A stretch of 64,000 nucleotides of DNA. Source: the human T2T-CHM13v2.0 reference genome, Homo sapiens. The position numbers were made by a program, and so were the translations under genes. The notes below the pieces were generated by a model. The model saw only the letters and a list, made by a program, of their open reading frames with translations. It was not told the DNA's origin and searched no databases. The DNA is taken from assembly GCF_009914755.1 (NCBI RefSeq), contig NC_060938.1. The stretch is one strand, 5' to 3'. Below, in pieces: positions 25,110 to 40,620 of this stretch. Positions within the stretch are counted from its first letter, which is position 1; each line of letters begins with the position of its first letter.

Positions 25110-25290
25110 CAGTGGTTTTGAAAATTTCCATTCATTCATTCATCTATCCATTTTTGGTTGCTGATCCTGAAAGAATCTGATAAAAGTTATTAATGCAACT
25201 ACCCCAAGTCTCACAAAGTCAGAGACTTTTAAAAAGGCTCTCAAAGACCTCTGAAGCCCACTCATAGACACCCTGGGGTAAGAGCCCCAA
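25110..25290. mobile_element. hAT-Charlie-type MITE (degenerate)
   Basis: cagtggtttt...agaatctgataaaag...cctctgaagcccactcatagac...ggtaagagcccc. Confidence 0.5.
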
Positions 25291-25727
25291 TCTAGGGAGG
25301 CATTTGGGGAGAGATGTTTTTGTTCTCATATAAATCAGCCTAACCAATATTGCTATTTTTTAATCCCACAGCAGTTAAGAGAAAGACAGAGCTTGAGACT
25401 CTAATCTGCCCAATTCTCCCAGATTCTAGGTTTAGTTTTTCAGAAGGAACCATGTGAATATCACTTACCCTCTTCCCCCAACCTTTAGCCCTGGGGGAAC
25501 ACACAGTCTATCACTGGCAGCTGTACTTCCAGGAGACCTGAAGTCAGGCTCTTGCCCATGTGACCTCCCCTTCACCAGCCAGACCCACTCCCCAACCCTC
25601 AGCTCCTGCTGGAGCCTGGTGCCTGCACATGGGCTCCTCAGGAGCCTTTATCTGATTCTAAGGCCAGGAGGGTTGCACCCCCTAGGGATTCCCTGACAAC
25701 TGTCCCATGCCAGGAGACTCCGATAAA

Positions 25728-25947
25728 GGAAGTGAGCTCCAGCCACTCTCAGGCAGCATGGTGCTGTGGTGGGAAGCGAGCTCCAGCCATTCTCAGGCAG
25801 CATGGTGCTGTGGTGGGAAGTGAGCTCCAGCCATTCTCAGGCAGCGTGGTGCTGTGGTGGGAAGCGAGCTCCAGCCATTCTCAGGCAGCGTGGTGCCATG
25901 GTGGGGGGCGAGCTCTGGCCACCCTCAGGCAGCATGGTGCTGTGGTG
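25728..25947. repeat. 44-bp minisatellite (VNTR), 5 copies
   Basis: Unit ggaagtgagctccagccattctcaggcagcatggtgctgtggtg starting at 25728, 25772, 25816, 25860 and 25904. Confidence 0.97.
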
Positions 25948-26150
25948 GGGGGTAAGGGCTTTGCAAGTTCAAATCTCTGCCCTGCTTCATTGAGCTGTGT
26001 GACCTTGGGAAAATTATTTAACCTACCTGAGCCTCAGTTTCCTCATCTGTAAAATGAAGATGACACCAACACCTGCCTCAGAGATTGTTGTGAGGATTCA
26101 GTGAATACCCTGGACATGAAGGAGTTAAAGCATGCCCAGCTTATGGAAAG
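25928..26150 (+). mobile_element. MIR whose 5' end overlaps the last VNTR unit
   Basis: gttcaaatctct...agctgtgtgaccttgggaaaattatttaacct...gagcctcagtttcctcatctgtaaaatg...ttgttgtgaggatt. Confidence 0.85.
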
Positions 26151-26314
26151 CAGTTTATGCATGCTCACCTCATAGTGATCACATTGAGCCAAGGCTACAG
26201 CATTGGCTCCGTGTTTGTAAGCGAAGCTACACACCTCATCTACTCACTCCATGCCCTGGGCCAAATTGTTTAATCTGCTAAGACATCAGTGTTATCATAG
26301 AAAAATAATAATGG

Positions 26315-26660
26315 GTGGATTGTCCTAAAGGATGATGTTCCAGGGCTAGTGGCACACACCGGCATTTCCTGAACCAGCCCTGCCTCTGTTCTTAGGCGGA
26401 CTCATGTGCTTGAGTCCTAGTCAATAGGATGTGCGTGGAAGCTCCCTTCCTGCCTGTCTCCGTTGTCCAGTGCATTCTTCTCTTCACAAATCAGAAATTG
26501 TGGGTAGCTTCTGAAAAAGGGGATGGCATAGTCACGAGAAGGAAACTGTGTGGGTCCCTGAGTCACCGCATGGAAGACAGCTGCCTAGGAGGGGCACCCA
26601 GCACATAAAGGCCTGTGATATGTCTGAGAAATAACTCTAGACAGATTAGTTCTGAAATCG
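26315..26660 (+). mobile_element. MLT1J-like MaLR LTR
   Basis: gggtccctgagtcaccgcatggaagacagctgcc...tgagaaataac. Confidence 0.65.
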
Positions 26661-26719
26661 TTTTTAAATATTTCGATTTCCGGAGTGAAGGCAGAAAACC
26701 AATACCAATTCTTCTTAAA

Positions 26720-26980
26720 ATAGTAACAGCTAAACTCCTAGTGCTTACATGTGGCAGATGCTGGAGTGAGGCATTTACATACATTGTCTCGATATGCTGT
26801 TTTAACAATCATTGAATTTAATGTTGTTGTTATTCTCAATTTATAGATAAGAAAACCAAAACTTAAAGAGTTTATTGAGAGTTTCTTAAAGTCCCAAAAG
26901 TACTAAGAAGCAGATCCTGAACCTAAAACCTGGACTTTATGATTCCAAATCTATGCACATTTTTAACCACATTACTAACA
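26720..26980 (-). mobile_element. MIR
   Basis: gtgcttacatgtggcagatgct...caatttatagataagaaaaccaaa. Confidence 0.6.
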
Positions 26981-29224
26981 TGGTGCTTCTTTTTTTTTAA
27001 GGGTACAGTAAAAATTGGTAGAAACATTCCATGAGCACAGATATGATGAAACAGAGCGTTTTGAACGCCATAGGAGAAGGCAGATAAAGAGTTGTCAGGA
27101 TTTAGCTGAGGAAAGGGTGACTTCCAGTTGAGAATCAAGGAGAGCTCCCTGGTAGAGGTAGCATCAGCTCTATACATCTGCAATACCACATCCTCCTGGT
27201 CTCTGCATCATTCTCCATCTCCACTAGCTCTCTCCTCCATCAATGTGGTTCCTCCTTTTAATTTCCTCCTCCTCCCACTACCTGTTTGTTTAGTTGAAGT
27301 CCTGTATCTTCTTGGAAGCTCCTCGGAGAAAACACAAGAATTTCTACTCAAGGGTAGGTCCATATGTTTTGAAAGAATTAATTAATAGAAACCGCAGCTG
27401 TCTTTCTAGAAGCATGCGTTGCAGAGAGCGCAGGAAGTGTTGCAGAGAGTAGCAGGGTGTAGAGAGCCGATGGGCTGGTGCCTTGGAGCCAGGCTCACTG
27501 ACGTGGATGTGCCACAGAAGATGGCTGAACCCAGATCTGGGGTGAGGCCTGCTGGAAGTTGTCCGCAGCCTCACAGATGAGGTTATGGGTGTCAACTTAG
27601 ATTAATATAATGCATAACATTTCACCTTCCTTATGAAAAGATGTGTGTTAAGTTACATTGGAAATTCCTTAAATATTTATCAGGGTAACCTATTATGTTG
27701 CAATCTCTGGGACAGGGGCCAGGAGTATGTGATAAAGCTCTTGAGACAGTCCTGAGACCTACTATTAGATAATGAAAACTGTTCTGAAGTAAGTGGGTCA
27801 GTCTTATGCTTTGGCTATGCTAAGGAGCATGGGCATGGGAGTATGTAGGTCAACAGAGAGAATATTCTGCAGCACCAGCTACCCAGGAAGAGGTGCCTCA
27901 GGTGCACAGACCTAATGTGACACAGACAGGGCCCAGGCTCTAGCGCATGCTGCAGATGTAATTGTCTGGCGTTTGGCTTTTCTCCTTTGAAGTCTTCATC
28001 AGGTCATTTGTTCACTTGCTCTTGGAATGGGAGGATTTGGCAGTCAGTACCAAGAGGAAGAATTTGCCCTCAGAGATCAGAATTAGAAATAATTACCATT
28101 GCTATTGGCAATAGAGTGAGGATGAGAAAATGCAACCTCAGAGACATGGAGGACTCTGCTTGAATTGGAGTATTTTTCACAAACTGGAGCAGAAGAAAAG
28201 AACAATCCACCCAAATTCCCAGCCGGGAAGTCTCTAGAGCAGCCAGCTCACGTCGTAGACAAAACTATCTTCTCAGGACAAAAATGGAACCATCAATTCA
28301 CAAAAAGCTTGAAAACAAAGAAAAGAATTCCAATGGCTATTTGACTCCAACACTCAGCTAACTGAGGCAGAGCAATCAAACTTATTCTTTTTTTCTGGGT
28401 CATGCCACTAAAATAAAACACTTTGGCCAACTTGATAGAGCCAATCAGAGTGAATTCCACACTTTGGCTTTTCAAAATGATTAGCTGCAACAAAAATTTT
28501 ATTAGGAATGCAAATTATTTCTAATGGAATGCAGTTATGAGATTATTTTGCCCAACATTCTCAATTTACACATGGGGAAACTGAGGCACAGGAAGGGAAG
28601 AGGCTTGACTGAGATTAAACAGCCAGGCTGTGGCCACTGTTGTTAAAATTACCTGTGCCTGTGGTTTCCCAAAGAAGCTGACTGTTTACAAGTCCTATGG
28701 CAGCATCAAAGTTGCTGAAATGCTCCAGCCTAAGAGCCAGGAAATTGGCAGAGAAGACCTGAAGACCACCTAGACAAACCATGCATTTCATAGAAGAAAC
28801 CAACACTCAAAGAGATAAAGGGCCTAAAACACAGCTTTCTGGACTTGATTTACCGTGAGAAAGCACACTAAATAGATTAGAAAATGTCATACACATTTTA
28901 GTTATTATCATTGTGTTCTACATTTTTGTAAAAGTAATATAATACTTTGGATAAATTTTTGGATCAGGACAATTTTGCTTCATTGTAAAGTGATAACTGG
29001 CTAGAAATAGAAATACATAGGGAATAAAAAATCTAGATCGCTTGAAGATTTTTCATATGACAATAGGCTGCCTTGTAGTTTTTGAAGAATGTTTGTTCAT
29101 TACTCAAACAGTGACTGAGTACTCACTGTCCATTAGCCACAGTGCTAGATCTTAAGAAAGTCAGAAAGGGATTGTTTTCAGGCTCTGTTTTTCAAGAGCT
29201 CAATACTAGGTAGGTAAGATGTGA

Positions 29225-29640
29225 TTGATCGTATAATTTTTCTGCAAAATTCGTCATACATCTTCACTCATTTCTATGTGACTTGCTTCTCCTTCTGGTG
29301 GAAGCCATAAAGTTCATACCTCATTGACTTTGGACTTGGCCAGTGGGATATGGGAGACAAAAAGTATATACTGTCCGAGCAAATGCTTTAAAAGACATGG
29401 AAAGTTTCTTCCACCACACTTCTGCCTTCCTCCATGACACTGGTATGTCCCAGAGAGATGCTGCTCCATCAGCCTGTCTCTCAGAATGAGAAGACATTAG
29501 ATTCAGCTCCACCCCACAGAGCTACAAACTAAAGCAGAGCCAACCAGCAGCCTACATATAACATGAATGAGACATAAATGTTAATATACATTGTTGAGAC
29601 TGTGGGGCTGCTTGTGACAAAAGCAAAGCTGATGAATAGA
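29225..29640 (+). mobile_element. MLT1I-like MaLR LTR (within an L2 remnant)
   Basis: ccatgacactggtatgtcccaga...gctgctccatcagcctg...cagaatgagaagaca...aacatgaatgagacataaa. Confidence 0.75.
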
Positions 29641-30559
29641 GAGGACATAAAGATTATACAAAGCAATTCTAACACAAGACAGAAGTTGATGACTTCTAAG
29701 AGAAACACAAACACAATTTTATGTCTATAGAAAGAAACAGATTGCTTCTGTTGATAAAAATTAGGAAATCTTTCTGAAGCGTTGGTACATGAGCCAGACA
29801 CGAAATCTAGGAGGACTTGAACATGAAAATAAGTTGGGAGAGATTCCGATGCTCACATTATTCAGGGCTGGGGCAGGAAGTTGGCAAGGAGGCAGTGGGA
29901 CTTGAATATCCGAGAAAAGCCGGTTTCTCCTCTGTTACCTTGCAAATCCTTTAGGATTGTACTCATTTTGATGAACTACTGTCTATATGTAGAATTTTAG
30001 AAACCCTGGTCATAATAGATTGACTGTTTTCCCAGAAGTACTCTCATGAACAGAGTGCTTAACACGGTATACATTGGATGGAGATAGGAGGCCTCGCCTG
30101 GATTTAGAAGTGAGAGGAAAATATGAGACCAGCCATCAGAGCTGGGCTTATTGCTCTTCTTGAGATTTAAGGGCTTTGTGATTTTGGATTATGTTTCACC
30201 CCTACATGGCCTCAATTTCTCCACCCATATACTGAGAGGCTGGAGTGAGAATCTCTCAGGACTCTTTTAATTCTGAAAAATCTGAGCTGCTAAGGATTCA
30301 TTTTCATGAAAGACTCCAAAGTTAGATTTCATTTTGGCTGCCAATTAAGTGTCATGTCACACACACATATAAGGTTGCTGTGTTGACCCAGACAATGAAA
30401 AACATCAGCTTTGTCTATGATAAAGGTCTACCAGTTAATTGCCAGTCTCCTCACTCCCCTGGGTCTCATTCTTTCACATTTATGTTAACCTTTAATTTTC
30501 CTCTATCATTTTTTAAAAACGGTATGTATTCTTTAGGGATCCTTTCTTCCTCTCACCCT

Positions 30560-30940
30560 CTAAATCTTAACTGTTTATAAACATTGCTGAATTCCATATT
30601 CAATATCTTCCATTTCTGTCTTCCTTATTTCTTCCTCTAATTCTGAAATAACCTGAAGCTTATCACTATATGACTGTTTCTGAGTTGTTCCAGCTGAAAA
30701 TCTGGGTTGTTCTTGACTTTTATCCCATATGCAAAAGCTATGCCTTCAGAAAATTCTGTTGGCCCTATGTTAAAAATATACTCCAAATCTGAGCTCTTCT
30801 GCCAATTTTGACACTATCACTCGTTAGTACTCTTTCATTAGTAGTTGCTGTAGTTTAACTACTGTCCCGGCTCCTTCCGTGGTTTCTGTATGCTACTCTC
30901 CATGCAGCTGTCAGCATGATATTTTACAAAGTAAATCCAA
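30560..30940 (+). mobile_element. L2 fragment
   Basis: ccagctgaaaatctgggttgttcttgac...aattctgttggccct...aaaaatatactccaaatct...ctccatgcagctgtcag. Confidence 0.55.
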
Positions 30941-31330
30941 TATGGCAGCCGGGAAGCTGTACCATTCAGATCTCCCGCTGCAAGGAGCATAAATAGTCAA
31001 CAATCTCAGCTTCTGTTCCTCTGGATCCACTACCATATTTGTGCCAAAGCTGTAATTCTCAAGAGCTGCTCCCAGCCAGTAACCAAGCATGGTGAAAGTA
31101 CTAATTCAGGCCCATGGCTGAAAGATATAGAACTCTAGCGGTTGATGACCTTGGCTCAAGAACAAACATTTCTTGGAACTTAGAACAGTACAAAGAGCAT
31201 TTCTAACCAATCCCCCTCTTTCTCCCTCTTATTTTTATGGAGGTCAGATCTGTATTGAGGTTAGAAGGAGCTGCTCATTTCCTTCAGCACTCACAGGCTT
31301 TTGCATCAATGCTTTTGTAAATGAATTCCA
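30941..31330 (+). mobile_element. LTR16C-like ERVL LTR
   Basis: ttcagatctcccgctgcaaggagcat...gctgctcccagcca...caggccca...ttggctcaaga...ggtcagatctg. Confidence 0.8.
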
Positions 31331-31339
31331 TATAGGCCC

Positions 31340-31934
31340 AATTCAAATAAATTTATTCTCAGACACATCATAATAAATCTGCTGAAAACTTAAAACAAAG
31401 AAAAATTTCTGAAAGCAACCAGAGAAAGATGACATGTTTCTTTAGGGAAAACAATTATATAAATAATTGGAGATTTCTCATCTAAAACACTGAAGGCCAG
31501 AAGGAAGTGGACAACATTTTTAAAGTGCTGAAAAGAAAAAAAAGAGCTGTCAACCCAGATCTCTATAGCCAGTGAAAATATTTTTCAGGAATAAAGGTGA
31601 AATAAAAACATCCTCAGATGAAAGAAAACTAAGAGAGAATTTGTCACCAGCTGACTGTCTTAAAAAATGCTAAAGAATGTTCTTTAAATAAAAACCATTA
31701 AAAAACTACAAAAGAGGTATAGTTAAAACCTCAATAGATGGATACAAATTATTTAAATAATCCAAAATAAAATAGGCAAAGAAAATAAGAGAATAAAAGA
31801 GGTAACAAATAATAAATAATAAAATGGTAGACTTGTCTCTTAAAAAACAATAATTATATTTAATGTAACTAATTTAAATAGGATAGGTAAAAGAAAAACA
31901 CTGTCAAATTGGATAATAAAAGATGTATGACCCA
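31340..31934 (+). mobile_element. Old L1M: ORF1 end to ORF2 start
   Basis: gatttctcatctaaaacactgaaggccagaaggaagtgg...ttcaggaataaaggtgaaataaaaacat. Confidence 0.85.
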
Positions 31935-32682
31935 GTTTTTGCCTATTCAGTATAATGTTGGCTGTGGGTTTGTCATAAATGGCTTTTATTATTTTGAGGT
32001 GTGTTCCTTCGATGCCTAGTCTGTTGAGGATTTTTATCATGAAGGGATGTTGGATTGATTGAAAGCTTTTCCTGCATCTATTGAGATGGTCATGTGGTTT
32101 TTGTTTTTAATTATTTTTATGTGGTAAATCACATTTATTGATTTGTATATGTTTAGCCAGCCTTGCATCGCAGGAATGCAGTCTACTTGATTGTGACATG
32201 CTAACTTTTTGTTGTGCTGCTTGATTCTGTTTGCTAGTATTTGGTTAATAATTTTTGTCTATGTTCATCAGGGATATTGACCTGAAGTTATTTTTACTCA
32301 TTTTATCTCTGTCAGATTTTGGTTCAGGCTGATACTGGCTTTGCAGAATGAGTTAGGAAGGAGCCGCTCTTCCCCGAATTTTTTGAATAGTTTTAGTAGG
32401 ATTAGTATCAGTTCTTCTTTGTAAATCTGGCAGAATTCAGCTGTGAATCCGTATCTGGTCCAGGGTCTTTTTTGGTTGATAGTATTTTTTGTTTTTCTTT
32501 TTATTACTGAGTCAACTTCAGAATTTGTTATTGGTCTGTTCAAGTTTTCACTTTCTTCCTGGATCAATCTTGGGAGATTTTGTTTCCACGAATTTATCCA
32601 TTTCCTTTAGATTTTCTAATTTGTGTACATAGAGGTGTTCATAATAGCCTCAGGATATTCTGTATTTTTGTGGGATCAGTTG
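31932..32682 (-). mobile_element. L1P internal ORF2 (RT-proximal) fragment, no 3' end or poly(A)
   Basis: Translations LNRPITNSEV..GFTAEFCQIYKEEL..LPNSF and [25 protein letters not shown] match L1 ORF2p; frame disrupted. Confidence 0.93.
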
Positions 32683-32695
32683 CAAACAAGACAAT

Positions 32696-32927
32696 AGTGG
32701 CATATACATTATGGCCCTGGTAATGATTTGCTTCATGAATGTTCATTTTATTATTATGCTTCTTCACATGCATATATTAAATATATTATTTTGTATGAGT
32801 CAAATATTAAATAACTTTTTAAAAGAATCGAAAGAGAAGGAACAGACAATAAACTGGGTATATAACTGCCTAAGGAATGCAGAGTGTGGCCTGAGTATTA
32901 AAGCTTGGCTGAGGCTTGATTACTAAA
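32696..32927 (+). repeat. Dispersed direct duplication, copy A (of 34299-34532)
   Basis: About 232 bp, about 90% identical by eye (about 21 substitutions and 1-2 small indels). Confidence 0.95.
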
Positions 32928-32929
32928 GT

Positions 32930-33935
32930 AAAAATTACTTAAATGCATTAAAGATCAAAATGTAAGAGAAAACATAAAAAAGTTTGATAACTAGACATCT
33001 TAGAAGTTTTTATAATATCTAAACAGGGAAGGATTTTCTTACATAGGCATTCCCTCAGTCTCCCCTGAGAAAGACATATTTGCATAAAACATGTGACTGT
33101 GTTAAAATCAAAACTTCTGTTCACCCCAAGTCACCACACCATAGAGATTATGAAAAGACCATTCATAAACTGGAATAAGAGTTGCAATACACATAGCAAA
33201 CAAAAGGCTCATAGCCAAAATATTGATATGTATGCACTTAATCCAAATTAATAAGAAAAACACAAAATTTAGCAGAATTATAGGCAAAAGCCTTGAACAG
33301 TTCCATTCACAGAAAGAAAACACAAATATATGCACATATATAATTAGTATACAAATATACATATATAATTAGTAATGAGTTAAATATATACTAAGACCAT
33401 TTGCAACCACTAGATATGTAAAAACTAAGATACCTAACAATGCCAAGTGTTGGTGACTCTATTTTATCTTGTTGTTGGAAGTCAAAGTTGGTACCTTCCC
33501 TTTGGAAAGCAGTTTTACGTTTTCTTGTAAAGCTGAACGTTTCTATTTTCAAATATGACACATTCTGTTCTCAGATGTTTGTGCTCCAGGACACATGCAC
33601 AAGAATGTTTACATAAGCCCTGTTTATTGTCGAAAAAAAAACTGGACACAATTCATGTACCCATAAACTGGAGAAAACATAAATGACATCGAGGTATAAT
33701 CCACCCACCAGATTATTACACACAAGTAAAAATGAATCACTGCCACAAGTCAACATGGGTATATTTTAAAGTATAAGGTGGATTGATCAGTGGTAGGTAT
33801 AGACTCTTACAGAGAGAATGATGCCATTTTCTCAAACGCAAAATAATAGTATTTAAAAACCCAATACATTGTTTAGGAATACACATACTTATGAAATATT
33901 AAAAATGAGAACAAGCCAGAAATTCTCTGAGAGGA
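32930..33935 (+). mobile_element. Old L1M(E) 3' region
   Basis: taaaatcaaaacttctgttcac...acaatgccaagtgttgg...ctttggaaagcagttt...caagaatgttt. Confidence 0.75.
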
Positions 33936-33939
33936 GTGT

Positions 33940-34292
33940 TGATATGGTTTGGCCGTGTCCCCACCCAAATCTCATCTTGAATTGTAGCTCCCATAATTCC
34001 CACATGTCATAGGAGGGAGCTGGTGGGAGGTAATTGAATCATGGGGGCAGATTTTTCCCATACTATTCTCGTGATAGTGAATAAGTTTCACAAGATCTGA
34101 TGGTTTTATACAAGGGCAGTTCTCCTGCACACACTCTTGCCTGCCACCATGTAAGATGTGCCTTTGCTCCTCCTTCACCTTCCACCATGATTGTGGGGCC
34201 TCCCCAGCCATGTGGGACTGTGAGTCCATTAACCTCTTTCCTTTATAAATTACCCAGTCTCAGGTATGTCTTTATTAGCAGTGTGAGAACAG
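33940..34292 (+). mobile_element. THE1D-like MaLR LTR, 3' terminus altered
   Basis: tgatatggtttggccgtgtccccacccaaatctc...ttagcagtgtgagaacag; the expected terminal actaataca is missing. Confidence 0.93.
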
Positions 34293-34298
34293 GGCAAG

Positions 34299-34532
34299 AG
34301 TGACATATACATTATGGCACTGGTAATGATTTGCTTCATGAGTGTTCATTATATTATTATGCTTCTTTGCATGCATATATTAAATATATTATTTTGTATG
34401 AGTCAAATATTAAATAATAACTTTTAAAAAAATAAAAAGAGAAGGACCAGAAAATAAACTGGGTATATAACTGCTTAAGGAACGCAGAGCACAGCCAGAG
34501 TATTAAAGCTTGGTTGACTCTTGATTACTAAA
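34299..34532 (+). repeat. Dispersed direct duplication, copy B (L1M 3' tip plus flank)
   Basis: Matches 32696-32927. Confidence 0.95.
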
Positions 34533-34539
34533 AAGAAGG

Positions 34540-35456
<917 letters not shown>

Positions 35457-35784
35457 GTGTGTTATGTTTCAGTCAGCAGCCTGGCTGGAGTGGAATCAGG
35501 AGTCCAGGAAGAGGCAAGCAAGAATGAAGGCTGTGGACAACTGCAGAACCCACTTGCATGCAGGATGAGGTACTCAGGTTTGCCATAGGAGTTAAAGGGA
35601 GTCACAGCAAATTAAAGATTTAAAGGATGAGGAGGAGGAAACATTCAAAGAGGATGATTTGTGCCAATATGAAAAGGATGAATATCAGATGGGAGAAGCT
35701 GGTGGAAGAAAGATCAGGAGGATGCTTTGCCCAGCCAGGCGGGTGTAAGAGAATCTAGGAGTGGCTATAGAAATTGTAAGAAAA

Positions 35785-36210
<426 letters not shown>

Positions 36211-36732
36211 CTACAGGTCTCAGGGTGGCATCTTCATCAGTAAACACGATCATCACAAGGAAGAATTCCTAAAGCTCCACAACATCGGTTCTCAACACTA
36301 TCTCACCAAGAAATCAGGCAGCACTGCATTGCAGGCAGAATGTGATGTCCTGTCAGAAGGGGAACTGAATAATTTAGAGTGATGTCGTCCATAAATATTT
36401 AAGGATATGAAAAAATGTTCATGAGACATTGTTAAGTTAAAAAAAAGGCAGATTGCAAAATAATATAAATGCACGGAAAGAAAAGAAAATGTTCACTAAA
36501 ATATTAACAGGATTTATTTCCAGGTGGAAAAATTATCATCTACATTTTCTCATTTTTTGTAGGTCTAAATTTCTATGCTAAAAAATAGTGTGTATATATA
36601 TATATATATTTTAATCCAGGGAGAATATGTTTTAATGAGATTTATTCAATCAACCCTTTACTATAAAATTTTATTTCCTCTGTTAAGAAGTTTGCTTAGC
36701 CAGAGCTGATTTTTCTTACCTATTAAAATAAG

Positions 36733-38447
<1,715 letters not shown>

Positions 38448-38479
38448 CATTGTAGGAAACAAAATAGAAGATACATAGG

Positions 38480-38775
38480 AGGAAACTGCCTTCTTCCTGG
38501 ATGTCTTTGTATTATTAGGCCATGGTATCTGGAGCTGTAATAGCCATCTTGAGGGACAGATGAAAGATGAAGCCAGTCAGCTGAGGACTGCAGAGCAGAA
38601 ACATGGAAAACAGCTGGGCTCTTGCTGACCTCACGGAGCAACCCAGTCAATCAACTCTATTTACTTAGCTTTGGGCTTCTCATTCTGTGAGATAATGAGA
38701 ATATTCTGATTTTCAAGCCCCTCTTAGATGGATATTTCTATTATTGGAGCTAACAGCACTGTAACTGCTAAACAG
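38480..38775 (+). mobile_element. MLT1K/L-like MaLR LTR
   Basis: ctggagctgtaatagccatcttg...aagatgaagcca...gcagagcagaaacatggaaa...tgtgagataat. Confidence 0.7.
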
Positions 38776-38799
38776 ACCATGTCACATTGCACTTGGAGA

Positions 38800-39030
38800 A
38801 ACCAAGCATTTACCCAGCTGTGTCAGGTACTGCTATATGATCTTGTATGTTTTATCCCACATAACCTCCACAACCAGTGAAGGGCCTGTATTAGTCCCAT
38901 CTAACAGATTTGGTAACTGAGGCACAGAGCGTGTACAGTAACTATCCAAGGTCACACAGATAAAGTTGCATTTAATACTCGAACTATATTCTGTTTCACT
39001 TCAAAGCCTATTCTCTTTTTATTATAACCT
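38800..39030 (-). mobile_element. MIR
   Basis: cccatctaacagatttggtaactgaggcacagag...ccaaggtcacacag. Confidence 0.75.
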
Positions 39031-39399
39031 GCACTAGGCTTAATACCTCACGTCTGTATTTCCCCAATCATACCAAGCATAAACATCTCAGAATGCTTTC
39101 CAAACACCACTATCATCTTTCAAATTTAATAATCTAATGCAATTGAGCTTTGTTTGTTTTTAATCTTCAGTTTTACTTAATAATTACCTAGACAGTTAGC
39201 TTTCTCTTGTTGTACTTGTAGAATTGTTTTCATATTTCATATAACTTTTTTTCACTCTGTATTGTAATTATATCTTGCTATGTGGGTATTCCCAGTGGAC
39301 TGTAAATTCCAGCATAGGGCTTGATATATAATGAGTTTTTTTTGTCACAGTAAGTGTAGCGACGGTAACTTATAACAGGGTTTTGTAACAGTAAGGTTA

Positions 39400-39600
39400 G
39401 CGATGGAAACTTCGTAGAGCATTCACTGTGGGCCAGGCACTTGATACCTATCACCACTGTTCCTGACAGCAGCTCTTTAATGTGATTATTAATATCTCCG
39501 TTTTATAGATGAGGAAACTAAGGCTCAACTAAGGCTGACCTAGCTAGAGATACATGGATAGTTCCTGTCAGAACTAGGATTCCAGCACACTTCCTTTTTG
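39400..39600 (-). mobile_element. MIR
   Basis: ccgttttatagatgaggaaactaaggctc. Confidence 0.65.
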
Positions 39601-40007
39601 CAGCATTAGGGAGGAAAACCTGAAAGTTATTGAACCATCTCCTATCTAATACCTCTCGTGACAAGAAAGCCACTCTCTACTGGACAATCCATTCTCCTAG
39701 AGAAAAGTCTAATAATTATGAGGTTTTTTTCTTAGGCAGATTTGCATTTCTACCCATAATCCTATGATCACTAGTATCTAGATATTTAGATTTTAGTTAC
39801 AACTATCTGAGTCCCAAAGAGACAGAGAAGGTCAAAGGGAGAGAGAGAGAAAAAAAGAGAGAGACATGATAGGTCCTGAGTGGGGGAAGGGGCTGCCAAG
39901 AGTTCATTTTCATAGAGGACTATAGCTACTGAGTTATGGAATTTCTGTTACATTTTAGTATTTTACCTTTTATCATGCCCCACACGGTGCTAAGCATGTT
40001 AGAATAA

Positions 40008-40300
<293 letters not shown>

Positions 40301-40574
40301 ACAATAATCTCTTATTTCTTACAACAACCCTAGCGGTTTAGGGATGTTATTCTTATTTTAAAAGTGGAAAAAATGAGTAACAGGGATGTTAATCTAGTTA
40401 CCCAAGTTTACACAACTGGCGAGTGGTAGAGTCCAGTCCAAAGAGCCTGTCCCCAAAGCCTCTGACTCCCCACCCTGGACTTCGCTGTTTTTTCCATATA
40501 CCTGGAAAAGAAGGGAACCAGGGAGAAAAGAGGTACAAACCACAGAAGACCCTCCTCTCTCCGGCGTAAGGTAA

Positions 40575-40620
40575 AAAACAAACAAATAAGCAAACAAACA
40601 AACCAACAAACAAAAAAAAA
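40575..40620. repeat. (CAAA)n microsatellite
   Basis: aaacaaacaaataagcaaacaaacaaaccaacaaac. Confidence 0.85.

Noticed and set aside
25728-25947. Regular repeat array as a CRISPR locus or coding repeat
   Set aside because: Units are contiguous with no unique spacers, there are no cas genes and the context is eukaryotic. The 44-bp unit is not a multiple of 3, so the overlapping ORFs are artefacts.
31840-32567. Reverse-transcriptase-like ORFs as a novel retroelement or gene
   Set aside because: They match LINE-1 ORF2p, are frame-disrupted and truncated, and so are a fossil.
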